Shown here one piece after another: positions 38,628 to 48,558 of a DNA stretch of 64,000 nt. Within the stretch, counting starts at the first letter, position 1. Every line of letters starts with the position of its first letter. Source of the DNA: Planctomycetota bacterium (GTDB lineage Bacteria > Planctomycetota > SZUA-567 > H5-PLA8). A program made the position numbers and the translations under genes. The stretch is from the NCBI GenBank assembly GCA_038227875.1, contig JBBRPR010000029.1, forward strand, positions 36,939-100,938. The letters are read 5' to 3'. The notes beneath the pieces were generated by a model. It was not told the DNA's origin, made no database searches, and saw only the letters and a program-made list of their open reading frames with translations.

Positions 38628-39512
38628 ATGTCCGAACAACTGCGTGTAGGCTGGATTGGTACGGGCGTCATGGGCGCACCAATGGCGGGGCATCTACTCG
38701 CCGCCGGTTTCCCCCTTACAGTGTTCAACCGGACGAAGTCTAAGACCGACGCGCTGGTCGCCAAAGGTGCCGCGTGGGCAGCCACGCCGGCGGGAGTGAC
38801 CGAGCGTTCCGATGTCGTCTTCAGCATCGTCGGGATGCCAGAAGACGTCCGCGAAACATATCTGGGCGCCAACGGCGTGCTCGCGGTACTCAAGAAGGGA
38901 CAGATCGCCGTCGACATGACGACCAGTCCGCCTTCGCTGGCCATCGAGATCGCCGAAGCCGCTCGCGCCAAGGGCGGGGTGGTGCTGGATGCGCCGGTTT
39001 CCGGGGGACAGGCCGGCGCCGAAGGCGCGCGGTTGAGCATCTTTGTTGGCGGCGACGCCGAGGCCCATCAGAAAGTGCTGCCTCTCTTTCAGAAGATGGG
39101 CAAAACCATCACCCATTTGGGCGCGGCCGGCAGCGGCCAGCATTGCAAGATGGTTAATCAGATCCTGATCGCCGGGGGCATGTTGGCGCTGGCCGAGTCA
39201 ATCACCTATGCAAAAAGCTGCGGCATTAAAGCCGACGCAGCGTTGGAAGCCGTCGCGCAAGGCGCGGCCGCCTCGTGGAGTCTGCAGAATCTCGGTCCGC
39301 GCATTTTGAAAGACGATTTCAAAGCGGGATTTTTCGTCGATCATTTTGTGAAGGACCTCGGTATTGCCCTGACCGAAGCCCGGCGCATGAAACTCGCCTT
39401 GCCGACTTTGGCTCTGGCCGAGCAGCTTTATGTGGCACTTCAGGCACAAGGCCACGGGCGTTTGGGAACACAGTCGATTACGAAAGTTTATGACAGCTTG
39501 GCGGGCCGGTGA
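38628..39512 (+). CDS. NAD(P)-dependent beta-hydroxyacid dehydrogenase (3-hydroxyisobutyrate dehydrogenase family)
   Basis: GWIGTGVMG, DAPVSGG, GSGQHCKMVNQ, FVKDLGIA. Confidence 0.93.
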   Translation: MSEQLRVGWIGTGVMGAPMAGHLLAAGFPLTVFNRTKSKTDALVAKGAAWAATPAGVTERSDVVFSIVGMPEDVRETYLGANGVLAVLKKGQIAVDMTTSPPSLAIEIAEAARAKGGVVLDAPVSGGQAGAEGARLSIFVGGDAEAHQKVLPLFQKMGKTITHLGAAGSGQHCKMVNQILIAGGMLALAESITYAKSCGIKADAALEAVAQGAAASWSLQNLGPRILKDDFKAGFFVDHFVKDLGIALTEARRMKLALPTLALAEQLYVALQAQGHGRLGTQSITKVYDSLAGR

Positions 39513-39906
39513 GGACTTATCTCGCCCACCAAGAGGCGAAGTCGCCAAGAACCGCAGTTTTGATTTTGGCAGTGAAGCCCGGGCGATTTCGCGCTTCTCA
39601 TTAATAGAGACGTTGAAAGGTTGCGAAATGGTATGTCCGAGCCGCCATTCCATTCCAAGTTCCGATTCACAACCCGATCGACTTCGCATTTTTGCCGAGA
39701 TTTGAGCGCTACGACCGCGTCGTTCGTACTATTTTAGTATAAAATCCCGCGCAAAAAGTGCCTAGTTGCAGGTGGCCTTGAAACGTCAATTTTAGAGCCG
39801 GAATTGCCGCAAGTCTCGTATGGGAAATGACTCTCGAGGTCAAAACGGCTCATGAGTGGGCGGCGATATAAATTGGCCTGCACTTGTAAATTAGGGTCAC
39901 CCTTAC

Positions 39907-39934
39907 TTGACAGGAATTTGAAAATTCATAAAGT
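39907..39934 (+). promoter_or_regulatory. Near-consensus sigma70 promoter with a palindrome in the spacer
   Basis: TTGACA-N16-TAAAGT; GAATTT-GA-AAATTC in the spacer. Confidence 0.55.
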
Positions 39935-40000
39935 TACCGCCTTAACCTTTGACGTGAACCCCCGTGTGCGCATTTTTGGCAAACGGTTGGAGAGCCTAGC

Positions 40001-41284
40001 ATGAAAGAAGAAAACGGGCCGCTCATTGCCCTTGTGGCGTTCATTATCCTGGCCATGATTTTCGGTGGCATGGCGTATTCAGATAAAAAGGCGCTCGATG
40101 GAGAGCGACCGGAAGACGCGCTGCAGAAGCAGATCGACGACAAAGTCGCCGGCATTGCGTCGCAGGAAGCCGAAGTCAAATCCAACGACTACAAGATCGC
40201 GCAATACCGCAAACAGATTCAGGAGCAGGTCGATCGCTACGATTTCTTCGCCGATTCGATGGACGACTTCACCGTCGAATATACGCGCCGCTTGAAGCTG
40301 AAGGAATCGGCTGACGCGTACGACAAGCAGGGCTCGGACCTGTCCGACAAAGTGAGCGCCAAGAAAGCCGCGACGCTGCAGGCGATCAACAAGGACACCA
40401 GCGAAATCCGCGAAAAGATGGAATCGGAAGTCTCCGAAAAGACCAAGGCGCGCGAAGCCGCCGTTGGCCGCCAGCGCCAGGTTGAAGAAGACATGACCGC
40501 TGAAGCCCGGCGGCACGTGCAGTCGAAGAATTACGAAATGACGCGCCTGGGCGATTCGAAACAGACCCTGGCCGATCTGACCCGCCGCGAAGTTGAACGC
40601 GCCAACGTGTTGACCGAAGCCGATGGTAAAGTGGTTTTCGCCGATGACGTTCATAACCTCATCGTGATCAACATCGGCACGGGCGCCGGCGTGAAAAATG
40701 GCTACCGCTTCGAAGTCTACGCCATGCGGCCGGGCAAGAAAAAAGTCTCCAAAGGTTATCTGGAAGTCGTCCGAGCCGATCCCAGCAAGTCGCAGTGCCG
40801 CTTCCTGAATCGGCCGATCCTGATGCCGAAGGACGCCTTCTCGGAATACGTTGCTCAGCAGCCGGAAGAAATCTTCAGCCCGTATCAGCAGTCGGGTCAG
40901 AAGGAAGCGACCGCCGCACCGTTGATGGGCACGCCTCGGCCGGTCGTTCTCGGGTACGATCCGAAGGATCCGATCGTCGAAGGCGACCTCGTACAGAATC
41001 CGCTGTTTGATCCAGGCAAGACCTACACCTTCTATATCGCCGGACTGAAGGATCTGGACCGCGACACCGGCAAGCAGAAGAGCGCCATCCGCTACCGCTG
41101 GACGGAAATCAAGGCGGTGGTCCAGGCCTACGGCGGCAAGGTGGTCAATGACGTGGACATCAACGTCAACTACATGATCGCGCAGAAGGATCCGACTTCC
41201 GACGATAAGTTCCAGAAGGGCGTCGAACTGGGTATTCCGGTGATTTACGAATGGGAGCTCTTCCGCTTCCTGGACAATAAGTAA
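40001..41284 (+). CDS. Membrane-anchored coiled-coil protein with beta-barrel (FlgT-C-like) and BRCT domains
   Basis: N-terminal TM; long heptad region; INIGTGAGVKNGYRFEVY...GDLVQNP; BRCT-like YGGKVVNDVDINVNYMIA..ELGIPVIYEWEL. Confidence 0.75.
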   Translation: MKEENGPLIALVAFIILAMIFGGMAYSDKKALDGERPEDALQKQIDDKVAGIASQEAEVKSNDYKIAQYRKQIQEQVDRYDFFADSMDDFTVEYTRRLKLKESADAYDKQGSDLSDKVSAKKAATLQAINKDTSEIREKMESEVSEKTKAREAAVGRQRQVEEDMTAEARRHVQSKNYEMTRLGDSKQTLADLTRREVERANVLTEADGKVVFADDVHNLIVINIGTGAGVKNGYRFEVYAMRPGKKKVSKGYLEVVRADPSKSQCRFLNRPILMPKDAFSEYVAQQPEEIFSPYQQSGQKEATAAPLMGTPRPVVLGYDPKDPIVEGDLVQNPLFDPGKTYTFYIAGLKDLDRDTGKQKSAIRYRWTEIKAVVQAYGGKVVNDVDINVNYMIAQKDPTSDDKFQKGVELGIPVIYEWELFRFLDNK

Positions 41285-41381
41285 GAGACGTACGGTCTTG
41301 AACAGGGGGCGGACGCGATTGTCCGCTTAGCTTTACCAGGCCACGCGGAAGCCGGACGGTCCGCAGAACGGGAAAAAATTC

Positions 41382-43163
41382 ATGTCGACCAAGCAGATCG
41401 TCATCTTCACCTTTATGATCATCTTCCTGGGTGTGATGCTGTTTGCGATCGGAGCCAAGTTCCATCTCAGCACGGAACTGGAAATCCGCAACAAGACCTT
41501 GGGCGTCCTGAAACTGCGCGAAAAGGAACTCGACGGTTACATCAACGGCGATGCGGCCCAGCCCGGCCAGAAGAAGATCATCACCGACCCGGAAACGGGC
41601 CTGGTCAAGAAGCTGAAGGACGCGCAATCGCTGGCCGACAACATGCAGAATTCGGCCGTGGATGGCCCCGATTCGCGCCGCGTACTCTATGAAGACATGC
41701 AGAAGGGTTTGGACGAAGCCTGGCCGAAAGCCGAAGGCACGTGGAAGAAGCTCTACGTGGATTGGGAACAGCAGAACAAGAACATCGCTTCCGCTGAAGA
41801 ACGCCTGGCCGCGCAGGTCAAGGAAAAGGCCTCCAAGGTGACAGAAGCCGCCGATGCGCTCACCAAGGCGCTTTCCGATGAAGATACCGCCCGCAAGAAG
41901 GCCACAGTGGAATTCAAGACCCATTCCGACGAACTGATCGAAGTCCGCAACGAAGAAGAAGAAGTGCTCAATAAGGTCACCGGTGTGACGCGCGAAATCC
42001 GCGCAGCCAAGAAGGTCTATCCGCAGGGCAAGGTCATCCACGCCAACGATGCGCTGAAGGTCGTCACGATCGACCTTGGCGGCAATCAGGGCGTGCGCCG
42101 CGGCATGATTTTCGACGTGTACTCAGGCGTGCACCAGACGCTGGTCAAGAAGGGCCGCATCGAACTGACGCAGGTCAGCGCCACCAGCTCCCTGTGCACT
42201 GTTCTTCCGCCCATTGTTGATCTGAAAGTCGATACGCAGACCGGCTGGGTCGCCACCGATCCGGCGATGCGCTACTCGATTTACTCCGCGTCCGGTCCCG
42301 ATGAAAATCAGGCGCAGGAGCTGATCAAGCCCAAGTCCAAGGCCGAACGCCTTGAAGCCATCCGTTTGGAAAAGATCCGCGCCGAAGAAGGTGAAGAAGC
42401 CGCCGAAAAGGCCGCGCAGGAAGGCCTCGCGCCGAGCGCGCCGGTGATCGACCTGGGCACGGGCTTCGTCTCCATCCGCCCCGGCGATTGGGTCAACAAC
42501 CCCGACTTCGTTCCGATTCTCTCGACACAAGCGTACCGGAAGAAGACCATCGACGAGCTGATCGCGATGTCCGACGTCAACACCTCGACGTTGACGTTCT
42601 TCTTCACCGATTCCGTCCCGCCCTACCGCAAGGAGTTCCTCAAGCGATTGTGCGAACGCAATCATTGCCGCTCGACGGACCTGATGAGCGCCGATGTGAA
42701 CTTTGTGGTTACCACCGCGCCGACGATGCGCGCGGACCTGCTGGACGAAGAGCTCAACCGCAAGGAAAACAAGGACAAGGATACGCCCACCATTCGCGCT
42801 CAGCGCAAGACGCTGGAAGCGGAGAAGGAAGGCGACAAGTATGGCGCTGGCCGCATCTCCGAAGACGAATTGGAAGCGTTCTTCGCCAAGCGCGAACGTA
42901 AGCTGGAACTGCTCCGCGGCAAAACCACGCAGCCCGGGCAGAGCGTCTTCTACATTGCCGGAGAAACCAAGGACCGCTCGGTGCCGCAGCTCACGCACTA
43001 CATCGAAGCCAATGGTGGCGTTGTTCTCTCGGAACTCACCGATAAGGTTGACTATGTTGTGGCTGGCGCCGGACTGGACAAGGCTTTCTTCGACAAGGTC
43101 AAGAAGCTGGGTCTGAAGCTGCTGCGCGAAGACGAACTGCCGAAGTTCTTCGGCCGGGAGTAA
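41382..43163 (+). CDS. Paralogous membrane-anchored coiled-coil protein with beta-barrel and two BRCT domains
   Basis: TM; IDLGGNQGVRRGMIFDVY...GDWVNNP; ADVNFVVT..RISEDEL; NGGVVLSELTDKVDYVVAG..KLGLKLLREDEL. Confidence 0.75.
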   Translation: MSTKQIVIFTFMIIFLGVMLFAIGAKFHLSTELEIRNKTLGVLKLREKELDGYINGDAAQPGQKKIITDPETGLVKKLKDAQSLADNMQNSAVDGPDSRRVLYEDMQKGLDEAWPKAEGTWKKLYVDWEQQNKNIASAEERLAAQVKEKASKVTEAADALTKALSDEDTARKKATVEFKTHSDELIEVRNEEEEVLNKVTGVTREIRAAKKVYPQGKVIHANDALKVVTIDLGGNQGVRRGMIFDVYSGVHQTLVKKGRIELTQVSATSSLCTVLPPIVDLKVDTQTGWVATDPAMRYSIYSASGPDENQAQELIKPKSKAERLEAIRLEKIRAEEGEEAAEKAAQEGLAPSAPVIDLGTGFVSIRPGDWVNNPDFVPILSTQAYRKKTIDELIAMSDVNTSTLTFFFTDSVPPYRKEFLKRLCERNHCRSTDLMSADVNFVVTTAPTMRADLLDEELNRKENKDKDTPTIRAQRKTLEAEKEGDKYGAGRISEDELEAFFAKRERKLELLRGKTTQPGQSVFYIAGETKDRSVPQLTHYIEANGGVVLSELTDKVDYVVAGAGLDKAFFDKVKKLGLKLLREDELPKFFGRE

Positions 43164-43270
43164 GTTGCGCTTCAAATTAAAAGGTGAACAATGGCCAGAG
43201 GCTTAAAAACCTCTGGCTTTTGTTTTTTTCGCGGTGTAGTCAGATTTGGGAAGTGTCCGGAGCCAACACA

Positions 43271-44188
43271 ATGCTGCTGGGACTGACTGAAAACTCAACT
43301 GCCAGGCTTTCCCGCGGCCCCGCCACGATTTTGCTCAGCGCCGTGCCTCCCGACGAGGCCGCCAAGTTGACGCCGCGTTTCAACACCTTGGTCGAGGCCT
43401 TCACCTCCGCCGGGATAAACGTTCGCGTCGTGCCCTCAATTTACGATCTCTACGATTACGATCCGGGCGTTCAGAGCATCCGCGAAGTGCTCGGCGATCT
43501 GATTTTCATCGGCTGGCACTATCCCCGTGCACTGAAGTGGATCCTTGCGCGCAACCACGTCGAAGTGAATGGCGCCGGCCGCAAGCTCCATTGCATTGAT
43601 GCGCGCGAACTGAAAGTCGAGGCGCTCTGCCTCCTGCTTAAGGACATCCTCGCCGGCAAAGCCAGTGCGCAGGTTGAGAAGCTTTCCGATGCGACCGGCA
43701 AGGGTCAAGACGCCGCGGAATTCACACCGCGTCAGCGTGGTGAGCAGGCCGAAAAGGAACTGGCCCCGCCTGAAAACGCGGCGCTCTCGCCCCGCTGGTA
43801 TCCGGTCATCGACTACGATCAGTGTACAAATTGCATGGAGTGCATGGACTTTTGCCTCTTCGGTGTCTACGGCGTGGACCATGCCGCGACGCTGCGCGTG
43901 TCACAACAAGATCAGTGCCGCCAGGATTGCCCGGCCTGTTCCCGCGTCTGCCCGGTGGGCGCGATCATGTTCCCGAAGTACGCGACCAATCAGTCCATCG
44001 CCGGCGCAGCGACTGGCGGCGACCGTGGTGAGGTGAAGCTCGACCTGTCTTCGATTTTCGGCAAACCCAAAGGCCGACACCAAGCGGCGCTCGAGCGCGA
44101 TCGCGAACTGATCAAGGCCGGCCGTAAGCCCGCCGGCGCCGAGACGGTTGAGAAGCTCGCCGACGCATTCGATAAGATGGAACTGTAA
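43271..44188 (+). CDS. 2[4Fe-4S] ferredoxin-domain protein
   Basis: CTNCMECMDFC and CRQDCPACSRVCP. Confidence 0.82.
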   Translation: MLLGLTENSTARLSRGPATILLSAVPPDEAAKLTPRFNTLVEAFTSAGINVRVVPSIYDLYDYDPGVQSIREVLGDLIFIGWHYPRALKWILARNHVEVNGAGRKLHCIDARELKVEALCLLLKDILAGKASAQVEKLSDATGKGQDAAEFTPRQRGEQAEKELAPPENAALSPRWYPVIDYDQCTNCMECMDFCLFGVYGVDHAATLRVSQQDQCRQDCPACSRVCPVGAIMFPKYATNQSIAGAATGGDRGEVKLDLSSIFGKPKGRHQAALERDRELIKAGRKPAGAETVEKLADAFDKMEL

Positions 44189-44220
44189 GATTTTGAAACA
44201 ACTTAGAATTGAAGCATTAG

Positions 44221-44250
44221 CCCTGCCGCCAATTGGCGGCAGGGTTCTTT
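44221..44250. terminator. Intrinsic terminator between convergent genes
   Basis: CCCTGCCGCC-AATT-GGCGGCAGGG followed by TTCTTT. Confidence 0.75.
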
Positions 44251-44252
44251 AT

Positions 44253-45773
44253 TTATTTCAACGCGGTAGCGTGAGCTTTCAGATCGGTCACTGCCGGGCC
44301 GTTGATCACCTTGCCCTTGGCGTCGAACCGTGAACCATGGCACGGGCAATCCCAGGTTTTCTCGGCGCTATTGAAGTGAACCACGCAGCCCATGTGCGGA
44401 CAGATCGCCGAGAGCGTATGAAGCGTGCCGTCCTCGTCGCGGTAAACGGCGCACTTGTCGCCATCGCAGGTGACGATTTTGCCTTCATCCGTATGGACTT
44501 CATCCGTGGATTTGGCTTCCGCTCCGCTCAGATTGTCTTTGATGAAAGCCGTGACCACGCAGGCGTTCTCGGTGACGAACTTGGCCGCGGAGGCCAATGG
44601 GTGAATGCGCGTAGCCGTGTAAAGTTTGTGCCATTCATTTTCCACGCCGCCAATCTCATCGAGTAAGAGCATGCCGGCGAGCGTGCCGAAGGTCAGGCCG
44701 TTTCCAGAAAAGCCAGTTGCCACATAAGTATTCTTCGACATTGAATTGCGCCCGATGTACGGGAGGCCGTCGGCCGGTTCGATGATCTGCCCCGACCAGC
44801 GGTAAAGAACATCCGAGATGCCCAGTCGTTCGCGCGCGTAACCTTCCAGCTTCTCAAAGCACGCGTTCGTATCGCTCTTCGTGCCGGTTTTGTGATCCTC
44901 GCCGCCGACGATGACGCAGTCGCCGCCGTTCTGATCCTTGCACGTCCGGATGTAGTGGTACGGATTGGCATTGTCCCAGAACAGCGCGCGTGTCAGGGGG
45001 CGGGGTATTTTCGCCGCGATGGCGTACGACCGATACGCTGCCACTTTCGTGTGGAGCATGATCCAATTGTTTACCGGGGTGTTGGCGGCCACTATTACGT
45101 TTTGCGCGGTGACGCGATGGCCGTCATCAGTGCTGACGACGCATGGAGTACCGTCTTTGACTTCCGAGACACGCGTGTGCTCAAACACTGAACATCCCGG
45201 CGCTTTGCTGAGAATTGTCGCAAGCTGCGCGACGTAGTTGTATGGCTGGAACTGAGCCTGTCCGGCAATCTTGAGTGCCTTAAGCGTGGGGAAGGGTAGG
45301 GGCGCGTCGTTTATCAGCGAGACGTCAGCGCCGAGCGTTTGAAGCGCTTCGGCCTCACTCTTGATATCCGCGACGCCGTCGAGATTGTCCGTGAACAAGT
45401 ACCCGTCGACCCGCGCGAAGCCGCAGTGCGTGAGATGGTACTCAGAGATCAGAAACTCGATCATGTCAATGGCCGCACGGGTCGAATGGCGTGCTGCCTT
45501 CGCGCCATCGAGACCGAAGTCGGAAATCAGTTTGTGGTAGCGGGTGTCCAGGATCTCAGTCAAGTGAGCCGTGGAATGACCGGTCTCGCCTCCGCCCACC
45601 TGTTCGTGTTCCAGAACGGCAACCGTCTTTCCTGCGCGCATCAAGAGGATGCCGGCGGTAATTCCCGCAATTCCGCCACCGACGATGGCGACATCAACGG
45701 TCGGGCTCTTGGTCAGGTTGGGAAAGGTGGGGTGATCACATCGTTCGCCCAGCCACATGGATTGAGTATTCAT
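44253..45773 (-). CDS. FAD-dependent oxidoreductase with C-terminal Rieske [2Fe-2S] domain (YhfW-like)
   Basis: IVGGGIAGI, GGEDHKTG, DGLPYIG, CPHMGC...WDCPCHGSRF. Confidence 0.93.
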   Translation of the reverse strand: MNTQSMWLGERCDHPTFPNLTKSPTVDVAIVGGGIAGITAGILLMRAGKTVAVLEHEQVGGGETGHSTAHLTEILDTRYHKLISDFGLDGAKAARHSTRAAIDMIEFLISEYHLTHCGFARVDGYLFTDNLDGVADIKSEAEALQTLGADVSLINDAPLPFPTLKALKIAGQAQFQPYNYVAQLATILSKAPGCSVFEHTRVSEVKDGTPCVVSTDDGHRVTAQNVIVAANTPVNNWIMLHTKVAAYRSYAIAAKIPRPLTRALFWDNANPYHYIRTCKDQNGGDCVIVGGEDHKTGTKSDTNACFEKLEGYARERLGISDVLYRWSGQIIEPADGLPYIGRNSMSKNTYVATGFSGNGLTFGTLAGMLLLDEIGGVENEWHKLYTATRIHPLASAAKFVTENACVVTAFIKDNLSGAEAKSTDEVHTDEGKIVTCDGDKCAVYRDEDGTLHTLSAICPHMGCVVHFNSAEKTWDCPCHGSRFDAKGKVINGPAVTDLKAHATALK

Positions 45774-46005
45774 AACGCCCTCTTCGTTCGCGAGTAAGTT
45801 CCAACACCGGCACTTTCGGAGTATTCGCGAAAGTCGCTCCAGTTCAGCTTCAAGCGAAATGATTTTTAGAATATGTCGTCGCGATGAAATTAAAGTCGAA
45901 GCAACCATACGATGTGCATGTCAGTTTTGATCTGCCCCCAACCGATTTTCGGAATTCTTCAGATCTGGCCAGGATTTGACTATAGCGAGAACTTGCACTT
46001 ATGGC

Positions 46006-46021
46006 TGGTCCGCGAATTGCT
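46006..46021 (+). promoter_or_regulatory. Putative sigma54 promoter
   Basis: TGGTCCGCGAATTGCT = GG-N10-GC upstream of the DUF883-like gene. Confidence 0.5.
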
Positions 46022-46085
46022 CTACGGCTGTTGTGGAGAATGTTTGCTTTCGCAAAATCAGTCCGTTTTTGAAAGGAATATCATA

Positions 46086-46313
46086 ATGGAAACCTTGGAA
46101 ACGAAAGAACCCTCAGTGAGCTGTGCGACGAACAAGGTCAAAGAGGGCGTACTTGAATTGAAGGATGCTGTGGCCGCGCAGACTACCGATGCCATCAACA
46201 CCTGTTGCGACGGCACTCGCGACTTGATCAAGAGCCGGCCGTACACCAGCGTACTGATCGCATTCGGCGTGGGCGCCCTGGTTGCCGCAGTGATTTTCGG
46301 TCGCCGCGATTAG
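46086..46313 (+). CDS. ElaB/YqjD (DUF883) family tail-anchored protein
   Basis: C-terminal IKSRPYTSVLIAFGVGALVAAVIFGRRD; AAGGA RBS. Confidence 0.8.
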   Translation: METLETKEPSVSCATNKVKEGVLELKDAVAAQTTDAINTCCDGTRDLIKSRPYTSVLIAFGVGALVAAVIFGRRD

Positions 46314-46361
46314 CGAAATCGAAAAGTCACTTCGACTCATTTGATCATCAAAGGGGTTCAT

Positions 46362-46802
46362 ATGCTCGATACCGAGACGTCCATTCCAAGAACTGCTCCT
46401 GCGCGGAGCGTACCTGAGAAGCTGCCCGACCCAACTTGGGCACGCCACATCACGGACAACGTGACCGATGGCTGGGCGAACATGATGACGATAGTTGATG
46501 CGCAGGTCAGCATCTGGTCGATGAAGTTTCTGCGCGTATTAATTTTGGCAGCGCTGGCGGTGCCATTGGGACTCGCTGGCGTGGCGCTCGTCATTTATGG
46601 CTTCACGCTGCTGGATCGTTGTCTGGATATCGTTCTCTCTGCACCAGGTTATGCGCCGTGGCTTTCGTCATTGGTTCGCGGCGGATTGTACTTCGGCGTG
46701 CCGTTTACGGGTCTTTTGATCACCCTGTTCGTGGCGGTGGGTGGGCCTTCTGAAAGCGACGACGAGGCCGGGATGGCCGGGACGGAGAATCCCCATGCTT
46801 AG
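46362..46802 (+). CDS. Two-TM membrane protein (YqjE/holin-3-like by position)
   Basis: Two hydrophobic segments; lies between DUF883-like and YqjK-like genes. Confidence 0.6.
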   Translation: MLDTETSIPRTAPARSVPEKLPDPTWARHITDNVTDGWANMMTIVDAQVSIWSMKFLRVLILAALAVPLGLAGVALVIYGFTLLDRCLDIVLSAPGYAPWLSSLVRGGLYFGVPFTGLLITLFVAVGGPSESDDEAGMAGTENPHA

Positions 46803-47460
46803 TTTTAACAGCAGACTGAAAAATGAAATCCGGCGCCGGGACGCCGCAATGCGCCGGCTTAAGAACAACGCTGGCACCATCGCGGATGCGGCCACAGGAG
46901 CCGTCGGTGAACTGAAAGGCCAGGTCAACGATCTGAAGGCCGAGTATGCGCCGTCGAAAATCGTCAACGGCATCAAACACAGCGTCAAAGACTTGAAAGA
47001 AGAGTACGATCCGAAAAAGGTCATCGTTAAGAATCCGTTGGGTGTTGTTGCAGGGGCAGTGGTGGCGGGATTCGTCTTCGTACCGGTATTGCGCACTATT
47101 GTTGGCTCTCGGCCTGTTGCGGCTCCAGCAGCTTCTACGTCCACTTCCAGAACCCTGACTTTTCCCACGCCCGGCCCGCATCATCTGGTCATTGAAGTAA
47201 AAGGCGCAACACCAGCAGCAGCTCAAAAGCCGCAACTGTCCTTAACCGAATTAGCGATGGAGGCCTTCGCGGCTTTCGGTGGCATGCAAGGACTGCTGGC
47301 CTACTTTTCTCCCCAGCCGGGTGTGAACTCCGTGATTAAACCGGTCAATAAAGCGGCCACTCCACCATCTGCCCCCGTCCAACCCGCAGAGGCGTCGGCC
47401 AGCGACATCTCCAGCGCCTCGATCAGCCGTCGCTTTGCCCCGCCGCCCTCAGAAAGTTAA
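46795..47460 (+). CDS. Hypothetical protein (YqjK/DUF3618-like by position)
   Basis: Overlaps the upstream gene; internal repeat DLKAEYAPSK/DLKEEYDPKK; NPLGVVAGAVVAGFV TM. Confidence 0.6.
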   Translation: MLSFNSRLKNEIRRRDAAMRRLKNNAGTIADAATGAVGELKGQVNDLKAEYAPSKIVNGIKHSVKDLKEEYDPKKVIVKNPLGVVAGAVVAGFVFVPVLRTIVGSRPVAAPAASTSTSRTLTFPTPGPHHLVIEVKGATPAAAQKPQLSLTELAMEAFAAFGGMQGLLAYFSPQPGVNSVIKPVNKAATPPSAPVQPAEASASDISSASISRRFAPPPSES

Positions 47461-47608
47461 TATCCGCACTTATATATATATCTTCAAAAACGACGGCGAA
47501 GTGCGCCGCCGTTTGCGCATGAATACAGTTGGAGTCGCAGACATTATTGCATTGGCTATTAGGCCAATGAAATCTGTGCTTCAAATGTTTAGTTAAGGAG
47601 TATTAGCG

Positions 47609-48004
47609 ATGAAAAAGCCAAATAGAAAGCATGGTCTCCGAGAAAAAGAGGCCAATGAAACTGGCAACGATCGATTAAATCCTGCCGTGGTTCCCGTGGT
47701 TCCAGGTGTGCTCACCACAGGATCGACTCCGGCGGATCTTAACGCGGATTTTGTTTCGTCGTCCGCGCCACTGGCTGAAAAGCCACCGGCGCCTCCCTCA
47801 AAATCGGTCGCGTCAGAGACTGATGATGAAGAGCTGCAGCAAGAAGGTGAACCGGGCGACGAAAGGACGGAATACTTTAATCCCTCCAGCCCACTGAACG
47901 AGAAGCCCAAAAAATCCGCTGCTGTCACATCCCGGTCTCAACCGGCGAATCGCAGGAATGACAATTCGTCGAAGAAATCTGACCAGAACGCCCGTCGGCC
48001 TTAG
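47609..48004 (+). CDS. Hydrophilic, probably disordered hypothetical protein
   Basis: AAGGAG RBS; low-complexity charged/Pro/Ser sequence; ends at a terminator. Confidence 0.55.
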   Translation: MKKPNRKHGLREKEANETGNDRLNPAVVPVVPGVLTTGSTPADLNADFVSSSAPLAEKPPAPPSKSVASETDDEELQQEGEPGDERTEYFNPSSPLNEKPKKSAAVTSRSQPANRRNDNSSKKSDQNARRP

Positions 48005-48040
48005 TAGAAGAACGTAGACTGTTCCAAGTTCAGAAAACGA

Positions 48041-48074
48041 AACGGGGAGAACTTCTTGCGAAGTTCTCCCCGTT
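48041..48074. terminator. Bidirectional intrinsic terminator
   Basis: AACGGGGAGAACTTC-TTGC-GAAGTTCTCCCCGTT. Confidence 0.8.
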
Positions 48075-48093
48075 CAACTTTGAGAATCGTTGC

Positions 48094-48363
48094 TTACTTC
48101 CGGGACGACAGGAACATTCCCAGCAGCACGCCAACGCCCGCCGCGATCAGGATCGACTTGAACGGCTGGTCGCGCACATACTGCTCGACGTTGTCTTGGA
48201 GCTGCTCGGCGTGCTTGGAACCCTTCTCATACAGATCCGCCGCGCTTTCGCGAAGCTGGTCGGCCTTTTCCGTGGCCTTATCGACGGCGCGATGGCCCAT
48301 TTCATTCGCGTTTTTGGTCAATTCTGCGGCGCGCGAGTTCACCTTGTCTGTAGCGATATCCAT
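48094..48363 (-). CDS. ElaB/YqjD (DUF883) family protein
   Basis: VEQYVRDQPFKSILIAAGVGVLLGMFLSSRK; GGAGGAG RBS. Confidence 0.88.
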   Translation of the reverse strand: MDIATDKVNSRAAELTKNANEMGHRAVDKATEKADQLRESAADLYEKGSKHAEQLQDNVEQYVRDQPFKSILIAAGVGVLLGMFLSSRK

Positions 48364-48422
48364 TTTTAGATCTCCTCCATGATGAGACGGCCACCGATTG
48401 CGACCGTTAACTTTTGAAACTC

Positions 48423-48438
48423 TGCAATGACCGTGCCG
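48423..48438 (-). promoter_or_regulatory. Putative sigma54 promoter
   Basis: Minus strand CGGCACG-GTCA-TTGCA, 60 nt upstream of the DUF883 start. Confidence 0.6.
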
Positions 48439-48558
48439 AACTCCAATTATTCCCAGGGAAGCGTATTTAAGGTGCAAATCACCTTGAATAATTGAGGCAT
48501 GAGCTTTGCATCTTCGCTTTTCACGCGGCGAAAATGGGTGTCGCGATACGCGAGGAAT

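Noticed and set aside
39513..39900. Riboswitch or ncRNA in the long intergenic region
   Set aside because: No recognisable aptamer consensus; only promoter-like motifs seen. An Rfam scan would be needed to exclude it
46362..46802. Prophage holin
   Set aside because: Context is the DUF883-YqjE-YqjK-like stress trio with no phage genes nearby
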